Shown: positions 1 to 10,600, counted from the stretch's first letter. The stretch: 64,000 nucleotides of DNA from Bacteroidales bacterium (GCA_017615795.1 JAFZZK010000029.1:7519-71518); one strand, 5' to 3'. Program-made: numbers and translations. The notes: a model not told the origin generated them from the letters alone.

Positions 1-58
1 TGTTGTTTGGGGCAGGATTTTAATCAAAAGAAAGAAATTAACCAAAAAAATAGATAAA

Positions 59-1291
59 ATGAGACCTGAAAAACTCTTTAACGGCAAAACATTGGCAATT
101 CTTTCCGGCGGTGGCGACACCCCGGCCATCAACTCCAGCATCGAATGCGTGCGCAACCGTGCCTCCATGCTCGGCTTCAAGGTGTACGGCGTGCTGCGTG
201 GCTGGAAAGGCCTTTTGGGCGATGGCGATATCGTCGACTTGACCAATATCCCCTACAACGGAATGTACGGTGGCACGGCTCTACTCTCCTCCCGTACCAA
301 CCCGTTTCCCAGCAAGAAGAATCCCGAGGACCGTTCCCAACAGATCCTCCGCAACATCGAACGCTATAAAATCGATGTCTTGGTGACCATCGGCGGCGAT
401 GACACCAACGGCGCAGCCAAGAAGATGTACGCCACTTATGGCATTCCCGTCATTGGCTTCCCGAAGACCATCGACAACGACCTCCGCACCCGCACCATGC
501 ACCACTATAACGGCCAGCAGCACGAGACGGTGCTCTGTCCCGGTTTCCCCTCCGGTGCTATGGCCATCAAGAAGCTGACGAGCAAGCTCCACACCACCAA
601 CGAGTCGCATCAGCGCATCATGGTGCTCGAAGTGATGGGCCGCGATGCCGGTTGGTTGACCGGCACGGCCATGTTCGGCGGTGCCCAGATGGCCCTTGTG
701 CCTGAAGTGGAGATGACCAAGGAACGCAAGGAGTTCTTCTTCGAGTCTGTGAAGGAGATGTATATGCGCTCCCCAAAACACAGCCTGATCATCGCTGTTT
801 CTGAAGGTGTCCGCTGGTGGGACGACGAGAAGCAGGAACTGGGTATGGTGTATGCCTCCTCCGATCTCGACGAGTATGGTCACCCGCGCTTTGGCGGCGT
901 GAGCGGCGTCATCGCTTCTGAAATCAACCGCCGTCTCGGCATCGAGGCCCGCGGCCAGATTTCCGGCTACATCCCGCGTTCCGGCAAGTGCTACGAGTAT
1001 GACCGCCGCCTCACCTCCACGCTCGCCGACAAAGTCGTGGACTTGTTGCTGCGTGAGGACTATGGCAAAATGCCTGTGATGCGCGACATAGTTCCCTATT
1101 CCGAACTTGAGGAGTTCCACGCCGACGCCATCGAGATGGGCAACATCGGCAACTTCCCGCTGCCGGCCGCCTACTACGACGCAAACAAGTTCCAGTTCAC
1201 CGACCAGTACGTCGATTTCCTTACCAACATCATCGGCGCACCGTACCGTATGGAGTTCGACCAACATTTCCCCATCGTTATCCCCGAATAA
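59..1291 (+). CDS. pfkA: 6-phosphofructokinase, PfkA family, probably PPi-dependent
   Basis: Motifs SGGGDTPAIN, TIGGDDT, PKTIDND and EVMGRDAGWL. GGDD (rather than GGDG) with PKTIDND is the PPi-type signature. Confidence 0.85.
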   Translation: MRPEKLFNGKTLAILSGGGDTPAINSSIECVRNRASMLGFKVYGVLRGWKGLLGDGDIVDLTNIPYNGMYGGTALLSSRTNPFPSKKNPEDRSQQILRNIERYKIDVLVTIGGDDTNGAAKKMYATYGIPVIGFPKTIDNDLRTRTMHHYNGQQHETVLCPGFPSGAMAIKKLTSKLHTTNESHQRIMVLEVMGRDAGWLTGTAMFGGAQMALVPEVEMTKERKEFFFESVKEMYMRSPKHSLIIAVSEGVRWWDDEKQELGMVYASSDLDEYGHPRFGGVSGVIASEINRRLGIEARGQISGYIPRSGKCYEYDRRLTSTLADKVVDLLLREDYGKMPVMRDIVPYSELEEFHADAIEMGNIGNFPLPAAYYDANKFQFTDQYVDFLTNIIGAPYRMEFDQHFPIVIPE

Positions 1292-1303
1292 AAATAAATA
1301 TAT

Positions 1304-1331
1304 GTAGGGACGCGCCACGGCGCGTCCCTAT
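1304..1331. repeat. REP-like palindrome (GTAG type)
   Basis: GTAG-GGACGCGCC-AC-GGCGCGTCC-CTAT, a perfect 9-bp stem in the pfk-murA spacer. Confidence 0.65.
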
Positions 1332-1348
1332 AACAAATATCCTGTACA

Positions 1349-2659
1349 ATGTCCGAATTTATCATAGAAGGTGGTCACCGGTTGAGTGGCGAAATCATCC
1401 CGCAGGGTGCCAAGAACGAAGCCCTGCAGGTGCTCTCTGCTGTGTTGCTCACCGACCAGCCTGTGACCATCTCCAACCTGCCGGACATTCGCGATACGCA
1501 ACGATACCGTGATATTTTGTCTCTTTTGGGGGTGAAAATCACCAAACTCAACAAAGACACGTTCATTTTCCAGGCCGACAATGTGGACTTGGACATGTTG
1601 ACCACCAAGGAGTTTGTCGCGCTGTCGGCTTCGATACGGGCGTCCATCATGGTGCTCGGCCCACTGCTGGGGCGCTTTCATAAGGCATACGCCGCACGTC
1701 CCGGCGGCGACCAGATCGGGCGCCGCCCGCTGACCACCCACTTCGAGGGTTTTGAGAAGTTGGGAGCCACGGTCGGAATTTCCGAGGATAGCAATTTTTT
1801 CGAGGTTAAGGCCGACCGGCTGCAGGGCAGCTACATGCTCCTCAACGAGGCCTCTGTGACGGGCACCGCCAATATTGTCATGGCTGCCGTGCTCGCTGAG
1901 GGAAAGACCACTGTCTTCAACGCCGCCTGCGAGCCCTACCTCTACCAGCTTTGTACCATGCTCAACAACATGGGCGCCAAGATTGACGGCATCGGCTCCA
2001 ATCTCTTGCATATTGAAGGCGTGGAAAAACTTCATGGCTGCGAACACCGCATCCTGCCGGATATGATTGAAATCGGCAGCTTTATTGGCATGGCTGCCCT
2101 CACACAATCCGCCTTGACCATCAAGAATTGCGCTTGTGAGCATCTTGGCATCATCCCGTACACCTTTCATAAGCTCGGCATAGACTTTGATATTGTAGAT
2201 GATGACATTGTGATTCACGAGCAGGAGTGTTACGAAGTGGAGACGAATATGGACGGCTCCATCCTTACGATTGCGGATGCGCCGTGGCCAGGATTCACTC
2301 CGGACCTGATCAGCATAGCCCTTGTCACAGCTATTCAGGCCAAGGGCAGCGTGCTCATCCATCAGAAGATGTTCGAAAGCCGTCTCTTTTTTGTCGACAA
2401 GTTGCAATCCATGGGAGCGCAGATCACTCTTTGCGACCCGCACCGTGCCATTGTCATCGGATTGCAGCGTCAGAAACAGTTGCGCGCCACAGTGATGGCC
2501 TCTCCCGATATCCGTGCGGGTGTTTCCCTTCTGATTGCGGCACTTTCCGCGAAGGGGACCAGCATCATACAGAACGTCGAGCAAATCGACCGCGGCTACC
2601 AACACATCGTGGAACGCCTCAACGCGCTCGGCGCAAAGATAGAGAGAATGGGCATCTGA
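1349..2659 (+). CDS. murA: UDP-N-acetylglucosamine 1-carboxyvinyltransferase
   Basis: GAKNEAL, RASIM, PGGDQIGRRP, SVTGTANI, PWPGFTPDL and DIRAG motifs. Confidence 0.95.
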   Translation: MSEFIIEGGHRLSGEIIPQGAKNEALQVLSAVLLTDQPVTISNLPDIRDTQRYRDILSLLGVKITKLNKDTFIFQADNVDLDMLTTKEFVALSASIRASIMVLGPLLGRFHKAYAARPGGDQIGRRPLTTHFEGFEKLGATVGISEDSNFFEVKADRLQGSYMLLNEASVTGTANIVMAAVLAEGKTTVFNAACEPYLYQLCTMLNNMGAKIDGIGSNLLHIEGVEKLHGCEHRILPDMIEIGSFIGMAALTQSALTIKNCACEHLGIIPYTFHKLGIDFDIVDDDIVIHEQECYEVETNMDGSILTIADAPWPGFTPDLISIALVTAIQAKGSVLIHQKMFESRLFFVDKLQSMGAQITLCDPHRAIVIGLQRQKQLRATVMASPDIRAGVSLLIAALSAKGTSIIQNVEQIDRGYQHIVERLNALGAKIERMGI

Positions 2660-2694
2660 CCGTTGTTGAAGACTAAAGGCTTTAGACCTGCGTG

Positions 2695-2753
2695 ATGAGC
2701 TATGAACCATGAAACCTGAAATCGCAAATCGTAAATCGTAAACCGCAAATCTC
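2695..2753. repeat. Degenerate 7-bp tandem repeats
   Basis: ATGAGCT/ATGAACC/ATGAAAC followed by AAATCGC/AAATCGT/AAATCGT/AAACCGC/AAATCTC. Confidence 0.75.
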
Positions 2754-2758
2754 CCCCC

Positions 2759-3544
2759 ATGCATATCACCGGAACCATCACGACCTTGAACGAGGCCAAG
2801 AACATCGAGGCCTGCATCCGCTCGTTGCAGCGCGTGTGCGACGAGGTTGTGGTCGTGGATTCCTACAGCAAAGACAATACGGTGGAACTGGCAAAGGCCG
2901 CGGGTGCCAAGGTCTATTTGCATGAGTACATTGGCGATGGGCTTCAGAAGAACCTCTGTTTGCCGTATGCCTCGAATGTCTGGGTGCTCAGTGTCGATGC
3001 GGACGAGAGACTTACCGACGAGCTGGTGGACGTTATCCAGCATATAGACTTGGAACATACGCCCTACGACGGCTTTGCCCTGCGGCGCCGCAATTACATC
3101 GGTCAGCGCTGGGTAAAGGCCTGCCGCTGGTATCCCGACTATCTGGTTCGATTTTTCCGCAAGGACAAGCTGCGCTTCGCCGAGTTGAAACAACATGCCT
3201 TCGTGCCCGAAACCAATGTGCAACGCCTTAAGGCCGACTTGGTTCATTATCGCTATAAGAACTATGACCAGCTCTTTGCCAAGCCTGAACGAAACTACAG
3301 TACGCGCGGTGCCAAGATCCTCTTCTTGAAAGGGAAAAAGGCCAATGCTCTCTCCCCATTCTTGCACGGTTTCTCCGCCTTTATAGTGAACTACTTGTTT
3401 AGAGGAGGAATCATCGGCGGTTTGGACGGCTATGTGCTTTCCAAGGCTGTCGCCCACAATAGCTTCCTGAAATATGCCAAGTTGCTCGAGTATCAGCGAG
3501 ACCCCTCCGTGCGCGACGCCGAAGACTGGGACTCCGTCTGGTGA
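2759..3544 (+). CDS. GT2 glycosyltransferase (WaaE/KdtX-like)
   Basis: TLNEAKNI, VVDSYSKDNT, VDADER and WYPDYLVR motifs. Confidence 0.88.
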   Translation: MHITGTITTLNEAKNIEACIRSLQRVCDEVVVVDSYSKDNTVELAKAAGAKVYLHEYIGDGLQKNLCLPYASNVWVLSVDADERLTDELVDVIQHIDLEHTPYDGFALRRRNYIGQRWVKACRWYPDYLVRFFRKDKLRFAELKQHAFVPETNVQRLKADLVHYRYKNYDQLFAKPERNYSTRGAKILFLKGKKANALSPFLHGFSAFIVNYLFRGGIIGGLDGYVLSKAVAHNSFLKYAKLLEYQRDPSVRDAEDWDSVW

Positions 3545-3602
3545 ACCGACTTCTCCAAGTATTGACGATATATTATTTTTACAAACTTAAATTATCACTG
3601 TT

Positions 3603-4607
3603 ATGAAAAAGTTATTATTATCTTTGACAATAATCTTCTCCATGTCGCTGCTTACGGCGCAAGTGCCTTTGTACAACGGCAGCTTTGAGAATTGGTCAGG
3701 TTCCGCCTCCACCCAACAGCCTAATGGCTGGACGACCGCTCTGGTGGGCAATGTGGTGACCGAGGTGTTCGGCGTGCAAGTGCCCATTCCCGTGAACACC
3801 TACTTTGGCAGCATGGATGCGGATGCCCACAGTGGCTCATACGCTCTGAAATTACAGCCTGCCACTGTTGGCATACCAGGCACGCAGTACAGTATGAATT
3901 TCCCTGGCATTGCGCAGTTGGGTATTGCCGAAGGTTTCAACATCCCCTTGCAGGCTATCCTCGATTTGGCATCGATACTCACCGACACTACAGGATCCGC
4001 CAATCCGGGTGATATCGATCCGACTGTGTTAGCTTCCCTGGCCCAGGTGTTCGCTCCCGGCGACTCCTGCTCCAAGACTCCCCAATCCATTAACTTCTGG
4101 ATGAAATTCGCTCCACAGGGGGAAGACGTGGTGCAAGTTATTGGCTATTCCAAAATCAACGGACAACCCGTGAGCTATGCGGAGGCTTCCATCGACCAGC
4201 CTGCCAACGATTACACCTATGTCTCTATCCCCTTCGATGCACCGGGACAGCCTTGCGATAGCCTGCTCTTCATCATTATGGCCGGCAATTTCGGCTCGGC
4301 AGATCTGAACACCGTGATGATCGTGGACGATGTGACCTTTACACCGGGAGTGGTGGGCGTTGCCGAGCGTGACGTGCCTCAATTCCACACCTATCCAAAC
4401 CCTGCCACCGACTACGTGCGCGTGGCTCCGTCGATCACGGAACCCTACCGCTGCCAAGTGCTCGACATGGAAGGCCGGCTGCTGCGCGTGGTTGAGTCCA
4501 ACGGAGAACAAAGCACCGTTGATGTCAGCGACTTGGCTCGCGGTGTCTATACTCTCAGAATGGAACAGCAGGGCAAGGTGAGCAACCATAAAGTTGTGGT
4601 TCGCTAA
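3603..4607 (+). CDS. Secreted protein with T9SS type A C-terminal domain
   Basis: Signal peptide; NGSFENW start; C-terminal YPNPA...DVSDLARGVY...KVVVR. Confidence 0.8.
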   Translation: MKKLLLSLTIIFSMSLLTAQVPLYNGSFENWSGSASTQQPNGWTTALVGNVVTEVFGVQVPIPVNTYFGSMDADAHSGSYALKLQPATVGIPGTQYSMNFPGIAQLGIAEGFNIPLQAILDLASILTDTTGSANPGDIDPTVLASLAQVFAPGDSCSKTPQSINFWMKFAPQGEDVVQVIGYSKINGQPVSYAEASIDQPANDYTYVSIPFDAPGQPCDSLLFIIMAGNFGSADLNTVMIVDDVTFTPGVVGVAERDVPQFHTYPNPATDYVRVAPSITEPYRCQVLDMEGRLLRVVESNGEQSTVDVSDLARGVYTLRMEQQGKVSNHKVVVR

Positions 4608-4619
4608 CATCCACTGGAA

Positions 4620-5561
4620 ATGAACCTGTGGCTCGCTCCGTTAGACGGAATCACGAACTACCTTTTCAGGAACAGTCTATGCCGCCATTTTGGAGGCATA
4701 GACTGTTTTGTTACCCCCTTCATGCCTGTGCAGGAGCGCGCAAAACTTAATGTGTCCAACTGGCGCGATATTTGGCCGAAGAACAACACACTCAAGCCTG
4801 CAACCCCCCAGCTGATGGGCAACGTGCCCGCGCATTTTGTGGACACCATGCACTTGCTGCACGAAACTTACGGTTACACTTCGTTCAACTGGAACGTGGG
4901 CTGCCCTGTGGCGCAGGTCGTGCGCCGTCACCGTGGCTGTGGCCTGATGCCCGACACTGACCGCGTGGAGGAGGTCGTGGCTGCGGTCACTTCCCAAACG
5001 CCCTTCCGTTTCTCCATTAAGATGCGGCTCGGTCTCCACTCGCCCGACGAGGGCCTCCGCATCCTTGAGAGGCTGGAGTCTTATCCCCTTGACTATATCG
5101 TCATCCACCCGCGCTTGGGCGTGCAGATGTACGAAGGCGTGCCCGACTGGGACATGCTCGATGAGTTCTGCAGGCATACGCATCATCGACTTGTCTATAG
5201 CGGCGACCTCAATTTGGTGCCTGACTTTGTTCGATTGCGGCAACGCTATCCCATGATCCAGGATTGGATGTTGGGGCGCGGCATCCTGCGGAACCCATTC
5301 CTTGCGGAGGAAATACGCGGCATGGATGTCGGTGATCGTCGGTCGCGTTTTCTCAAGTATTACCAGCATTTCGCCGCCGAGTTGCTGCCCCTGCGCCACG
5401 AACGCGGCACGCTCCATAACTTCAAGGAATTGTGGCACTATTGGCGCTGTCTGACGGGCATCTCCGATGAACAATTAAGACAGTTGCTCCGTGTTGACGA
5501 CTGGGAACATTTTTATGAAAGATCCTTGCAAATGATACAGGATGGTTGCCCTAACCCTTAA
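4620..5561 (+). CDS. tRNA-dihydrouridine synthase family protein
   Basis: LAPLDGIT, PQLMG, NWNVGCP, SIKMRLG, IHPR and MLGRG motifs. Confidence 0.88.
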   Translation: MNLWLAPLDGITNYLFRNSLCRHFGGIDCFVTPFMPVQERAKLNVSNWRDIWPKNNTLKPATPQLMGNVPAHFVDTMHLLHETYGYTSFNWNVGCPVAQVVRRHRGCGLMPDTDRVEEVVAAVTSQTPFRFSIKMRLGLHSPDEGLRILERLESYPLDYIVIHPRLGVQMYEGVPDWDMLDEFCRHTHHRLVYSGDLNLVPDFVRLRQRYPMIQDWMLGRGILRNPFLAEEIRGMDVGDRRSRFLKYYQHFAAELLPLRHERGTLHNFKELWHYWRCLTGISDEQLRQLLRVDDWEHFYERSLQMIQDGCPNP

Positions 5562-5585
5562 TCCTCGCCCTATTTCCTTTTTTTG

Positions 5586-5593
5586 TATTTTTG
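5586..5593 (+). promoter_or_regulatory. Bacteroidota sigma-A -7 element
   Basis: TATTTTTG matches TAnnTTTG, about 24 bp upstream of the start at 5617. Confidence 0.6.
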
Positions 5594-5616
5594 CAGCCAA
5601 ACTATAACCTATCCAG

Positions 5617-6468
5617 ATGGCATACCATCTCCTTATAGATGCCGGTGCAACCAAGACTGCATTCGCCCTGCTTGCGAATGGAGATGTCATCGTGCGACAT
5701 GACGGACGCGGCATTAATCCTAACTATTGCGCCGAGACCGATATCCTGCAGGTGTTCGCCGATTTTGTGCCGAAGTGTCCGTTGGAAGATACCGTTGCGG
5801 AAATAAGATATTACGGGGCGGGATGTGCCTCCCCGCATAATGCCGCCTTTATGAAGGAGTTGATTTCCGGGTTTTTTCCGTACGCCCGCATTTGGGTTTA
5901 TTCCGACCTGATGGCTGTCTGTCATGCCTTGAGCCGCGGTGCACGCGCCGTGGTCGCCATTTTGGGCACCGGAGCTGCCGCGTGTCTCTTCGACGGCACC
6001 GACATTGTGCGCATTGCTCCATCTGTGGGTTACATGCTGGGCGATGAGGGCAGCGGCACCCACTTGGGTAAACAGCTGCTGACCGCCTATCTGCGGGATG
6101 TCCTGCCGGGAGGATTGGCCTGTGAGTTGGAACAAAAATACCAGTTCACGAAAGAGTCGGTCATCCGTCGCCTCTATCGTGAACCGGAGCCCAACCGCTT
6201 CATGGCTTCGGTGGCCCCTTTTGTCCATGACCATCTTGACTGCCCCGTTGTCCATGATTTGGCCCTCGCTGCCTTTGGCGCCTTCTTTTCCGTGAACAAA
6301 GCGTGTTTTAAGGAAGAGGGACAACTGCCGTGGCGCCTTTCAGGTTCTGTGGCCTACCATTTCCGCGACCTCGTGCGCGAGGCCGCCGCACAACATCATT
6401 GTCCGGTGGACGAAATCGTCGCCGCCCCGATGGACAAACTTGTCGATTCTTATAAAACAATATCATAA
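5617..6468 (+). CDS. BadF/BadG/BcrA/BcrD family ATPase (N-acetylglucosamine kinase-like)
   Basis: IDAGATKT, YYGAGC, ILGTG and LGDEGSG motifs. Confidence 0.85.
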   Translation: MAYHLLIDAGATKTAFALLANGDVIVRHDGRGINPNYCAETDILQVFADFVPKCPLEDTVAEIRYYGAGCASPHNAAFMKELISGFFPYARIWVYSDLMAVCHALSRGARAVVAILGTGAAACLFDGTDIVRIAPSVGYMLGDEGSGTHLGKQLLTAYLRDVLPGGLACELEQKYQFTKESVIRRLYREPEPNRFMASVAPFVHDHLDCPVVHDLALAAFGAFFSVNKACFKEEGQLPWRLSGSVAYHFRDLVREAAAQHHCPVDEIVAAPMDKLVDSYKTIS

Positions 6469-6878
6469 TGCAAGAAATCTTAGCATCGGAAAACCAGTTG
6501 GAACAAGTGGCCGAGGCGATTTTGAAGGCCTATCCTGAAGAACGTGTCTTCGGCTTCTATGGCGAGATGGGCGCGGGCAAGACTACGCTCATCAAGGCGA
6601 TCTGTCAGACGCTTGGTGTTCGCGATGTTACCTCGTCGCCGACTTTCGCCATTATCAATGAGTATTGGACGGAGGGTGGTGAACCACTTTATCATTTTGA
6701 TTTCTACCGTATTGATGAACCCGCTGATGCCTCGCGCGTGGGCTTTGAAGACTACCTTTACAGCGGCCATTATTGCTTCATCGAGTGGACCGAAAAGGTG
6801 GAGGAAATCCTTCAGGGTGACTTTATACCCGTCGTCATTGAACGGGTGGACGACGAAACACGGAAATTCAAGTTCTGA
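6468..6878 (+). CDS. tsaE: tRNA t6A biosynthesis ATPase TsaE
   Basis: GEMGAGKTT, SPTFAIINEY, HFDFYR and IEW motifs; TAATG overlap with the upstream gene. Confidence 0.95.
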   Translation: MQEILASENQLEQVAEAILKAYPEERVFGFYGEMGAGKTTLIKAICQTLGVRDVTSSPTFAIINEYWTEGGEPLYHFDFYRIDEPADASRVGFEDYLYSGHYCFIEWTEKVEEILQGDFIPVVIERVDDETRKFKF

Positions 6879-6935
6879 TTTTGGCGATGGATGCACAATG
6901 ACGGACTCTAACTAAAAACTCCTATTATTGCCACG

Positions 6936-7649
6936 ATGCACAACCTTGACTTATTATATGGCGATGTCGGCTTAGCCACGCAGGAACAGCAGGTGCTGGT
7001 GGAAGCTCCTGTGCGCGAATTGTCTGTTGGCTTTGTCAAGGACGAAGAACCTATTGGCGACTTTGTGATCATGACACCTGCCGCCGTGCAGTCGCTGGTG
7101 GATGACGATATACACGTCTATATGCAGCATGGTTTCTCGGCAGGGTCGGCATACAGCGATGCCGATTACGCCGATGTGGGGGTCGAGTTTGTGGACGACT
7201 TCTATCTTCTGGCATCCACGGCGCGCGTCTTGGTGAAATTCCAGCCGTTCACCCAGGAACAAGTCACATTGCTGCGGGAAGAGCAGGTGATCTTTTCTAC
7301 ACAGGATGCTGTATATGTCAACCGGGATTATTTGGAAGCACTGAATGCCAAGCATATTGCGGCCTTGGCGATGAACTTTATCGAAGACAAGAAGGGTGCC
7401 CGCATGACGGACCGCATACTCACCGAAACCTTGTCCATGACCGCCATGAACATCGCATTCTCCAATTTCTTGTTGCCGCTTGTGACGGAATTGTCCACCA
7501 ACACCCGCTTGCGTTTTGCCCTCCAAAAGCGTCCCGTCCTCATGGAAAGCGTATATTGCTATGCGGGATATGTTTGCCATAAGGAAATGGCTGACTTGCT
7601 GGAACTTCCTTATCGTGATATTGTTTCCCTGTGTTGGGATTTAAATTGA
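6936..7649 (+). CDS. Alanine dehydrogenase-like protein lacking the NAD-binding domain
   Basis: AlaDH N-domain pattern (TPAAVQSL, YSDADYADVG, LVK, ALAMNFIED) joined directly to Ald-like C-terminal helices (FSNFLLP...VYCYAGYV); only 237 aa; follows tsaE. Confidence 0.65.
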   Translation: MHNLDLLYGDVGLATQEQQVLVEAPVRELSVGFVKDEEPIGDFVIMTPAAVQSLVDDDIHVYMQHGFSAGSAYSDADYADVGVEFVDDFYLLASTARVLVKFQPFTQEQVTLLREEQVIFSTQDAVYVNRDYLEALNAKHIAALAMNFIEDKKGARMTDRILTETLSMTAMNIAFSNFLLPLVTELSTNTRLRFALQKRPVLMESVYCYAGYVCHKEMADLLELPYRDIVSLCWDLN

Positions 7650-7655
7650 TGGTGT

Positions 7656-10600
7656 TTGAATAAAATGTTGAATATGAGATATATGAAAAACGTTGTCTTA
7701 CGGGTGTCCCTTTTCCTCTTCCTGCTGTCTGCAGGATGGCCTGTTTTGATGTGGGCGAACCCGGTGGATCCTGCGGATGCCAGAAGGGTGGCAGTGAACT
7801 TCTATGCCCGAAAGGCGGATATCCCCTTGCGCTCCGATGCAAACATGGAGGCACAGCTGGTCTACACAGCCACTTTTTCGTCGGGCAGATCCGGGAATGA
7901 CGAGAACGCTTTTTATGTGTTTAACATAGCGGATGGCTTTGTGATGGTGGCAGCCGACGACCGCGTGCGGCCGGTTTTGGCCTATTCGTTAGACGATTCT
8001 TTCTATGCGGAAGGGATGCCTGCCAATATCCGATTCTTTATGGGTGAATATGTGCGGGAGATAGCGCAGATATTGTCTGACCCCCTGTTGGACAATTCTT
8101 TGGAGACCGAGTGGCGGGCGGCTCTTTCTTTAAATGCCGGTTTGAATCGCAACGTTACGGTGATTTCACCCCTGCTGACCACGAGGTGGAACCAGAACAG
8201 CTATTACAACAATATGTGTCCTGCCGATACTGCCGGCCCCAATGACCACACTTATGTCGGGTGCGTGGCGACTGCCATGGGACAAATTATGCGCTATTGG
8301 CAATATCCCACCACGGGCACGGGCAGCCACAGCTATGTGGCCAACAATTTGCCTGTCGGTTATGGCGACTATGGAACGTTGAGTGCCGATTTTGCCAACA
8401 CGACCTATCAATACAATATGATGCCCAACCAGTTGACGGCGAACACCAGTGCGGCGCAGGTGAACGCTGTGGCTGAGTTGCTCTTCCATTGCGGTGTCAG
8501 TGTGGAGATGATGTACGGCCCGTTGGGCAGCGGCGCCTACTCCACCGATGTGCCGAGTGCACTGCAGACCTATTTCGGATACCCCTATTGTATGCGGGTG
8601 ACTCGATCTGGTTATACCGCCGATGCTTGGATCCTCCTTATTAAAACGGAATTGGATCGTTTGCGTCCTGTCTATTACAACGGACAAGGTGATGCAGGGG
8701 GACACGCCTTTGTGTGCGATGGCTACGACGCCGACAACTACTTCCATTTCAACTGGGGTTGGAGTGGCAATAACAACGGCTATTTTCTCCTCTCCAACCT
8801 CAATCCATCGACTTATGAGTTTAACTCCCAGCAGGCCGCCATTATCGGGGTGCGTGTGCCGCAGTCGGTGCAGGCCTGCCAAGGAATGGATTCCATCGCC
8901 GACATTGACGGCAATGTGTACCATACGGTTCAGGTGGGTCAGCAGTGCTGGCTGCGTGAAAATATGCGGAGCACTCGCTATGCAGATGGCACACCGGTGG
9001 CGGCCTCCGTCTCGGATACGAGCTCTACGCTTCCTTTTCGCTATGCGCCCGGCAACGACACCGTCTTGGTGCGTGAGTACGGCTATTTGTACAATTGGCG
9101 TGCCGCGATGGGCAACAGTTCGAGCAGCACGTCGTTGCCCAGCGGTGTGCAGGGCATCTGTCCGGCAGGATGGCACTTGCCGAGCTACAGCGAGTTGCGC
9201 GACCTTCGGAACTTTATGGAATCGCAGGCGGCCTATCACTGTAACACCAGTGACACCTCCACGGCGGCGGCCATGGCCTCCCAGTGGGGATGGCACACAT
9301 CCTCCGTTTCTTGCGCCCCGGGCAACAACCCGACCGCCAATAATGAAACAGGACTCACCCTTTGCCCCGCCGGACGCTTCTCAGCCGGGAACTATAGCGG
9401 GTTGGACTACTATTGCTATCTGTGGTCCACGACCGAATATACGGCTGGCAAACCCAGAATCGTAAGACTTGCCTATAATGATGCAGAATTCAGCACCGCC
9501 TGGTATGCCAACAACAAACGCTTGGGATACTCTGTCCGCTGTGTTCGAGACATGTCTCTCTCCATCAATACATTGTCAGTGTCCAATGTTGGTGATACCA
9601 CGGCGATGTGCGGCGGTATTGCAATGGTGTACGGCAGTGACTCTATCGTTGACAAGGGGGTGTGCTGGAGCAGTCAGAGCAGTTTCCCCACGTTGTCTGA
9701 CTATTTTGTCTCCGACACTTCTGGAGCGGGCACATTCTCTGTGACGATAATGGGACTCCACCCTGGCACAACCTACTATGTCAGGGCATACGCCATTGAC
9801 AACCACGGACTTACCGCCTATGGAACTGTGATGTTGTTTACCACTACGGGCCAGGCTCCCTTCCAGTGCGGGGCCTCTACTGTCAGCGACTATGACGGGA
9901 ATGTGTATCAAACTATTGCGATGGGCAGCCAGTGCTGGACACGGCAGAATATCCGTACGACCCATTATGCGGACGGGAGCTCTATACCATTGAGCGCAAC
10001 CGACAATAATGTCTCCCCATGTCGCTATCTTCCTGATAACGACACAAACCTTGTAGAGGATTATGGCTATTTGTACAACTGGCATGCGGTGATGCATGGT
10101 GATTCCAGCAGCGTATCCAATCCGAGTGGTGTAAAAGGGCTTTGTCCGGATGGGTGGCACATACCCTCTTTCGTTGAATGGGAACAGCTGTACATGACTT
10201 TGGTCAATACCGCCTCGTATCATTGCGATGGCGGTGACACTTCCCAGGCCCGTGCGGTGGCCAGCACGACGGGGTGGAATAGTTCTTCAGTCCCTTGCTC
10301 TCCTGGCTATGCGCCTTCCGAGAATAATAGCTCTGGTTTTAGCATCTATCCCGCAGGCTTCTACGCCAGTAATGCAGCCTATAACAGGGGATATGAGTCC
10401 AGCTTTTGGTCTGCTACGGAATTTCAGGCAGAAAAACCATATATTGCTGTTGTCCAATACAATGCGGTTGAATTCTCTCCGTACTATTGTAGCAATTTTG
10501 TGAGTCCAGGCCGCTCTGTGCGCTGTGTGCGTGACACCGCGGTGCGCTCCTTGCCGGAGGTGAGTACCAATCCTGTTTCAGTTGTGACCATGTATTCGGC

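Noticed and set aside
1328-3457. 709-aa antisense ORF across murA and GT2
   Set aside because: Shadow of codon-biased sense genes; no recognisable motifs.
8895-10535. A DGR within the window (the two FISUMP copies as template and variable repeats)
   Set aside because: The copies differ at all base types, both are coding, and no reverse transcriptase or Avd gene is present.
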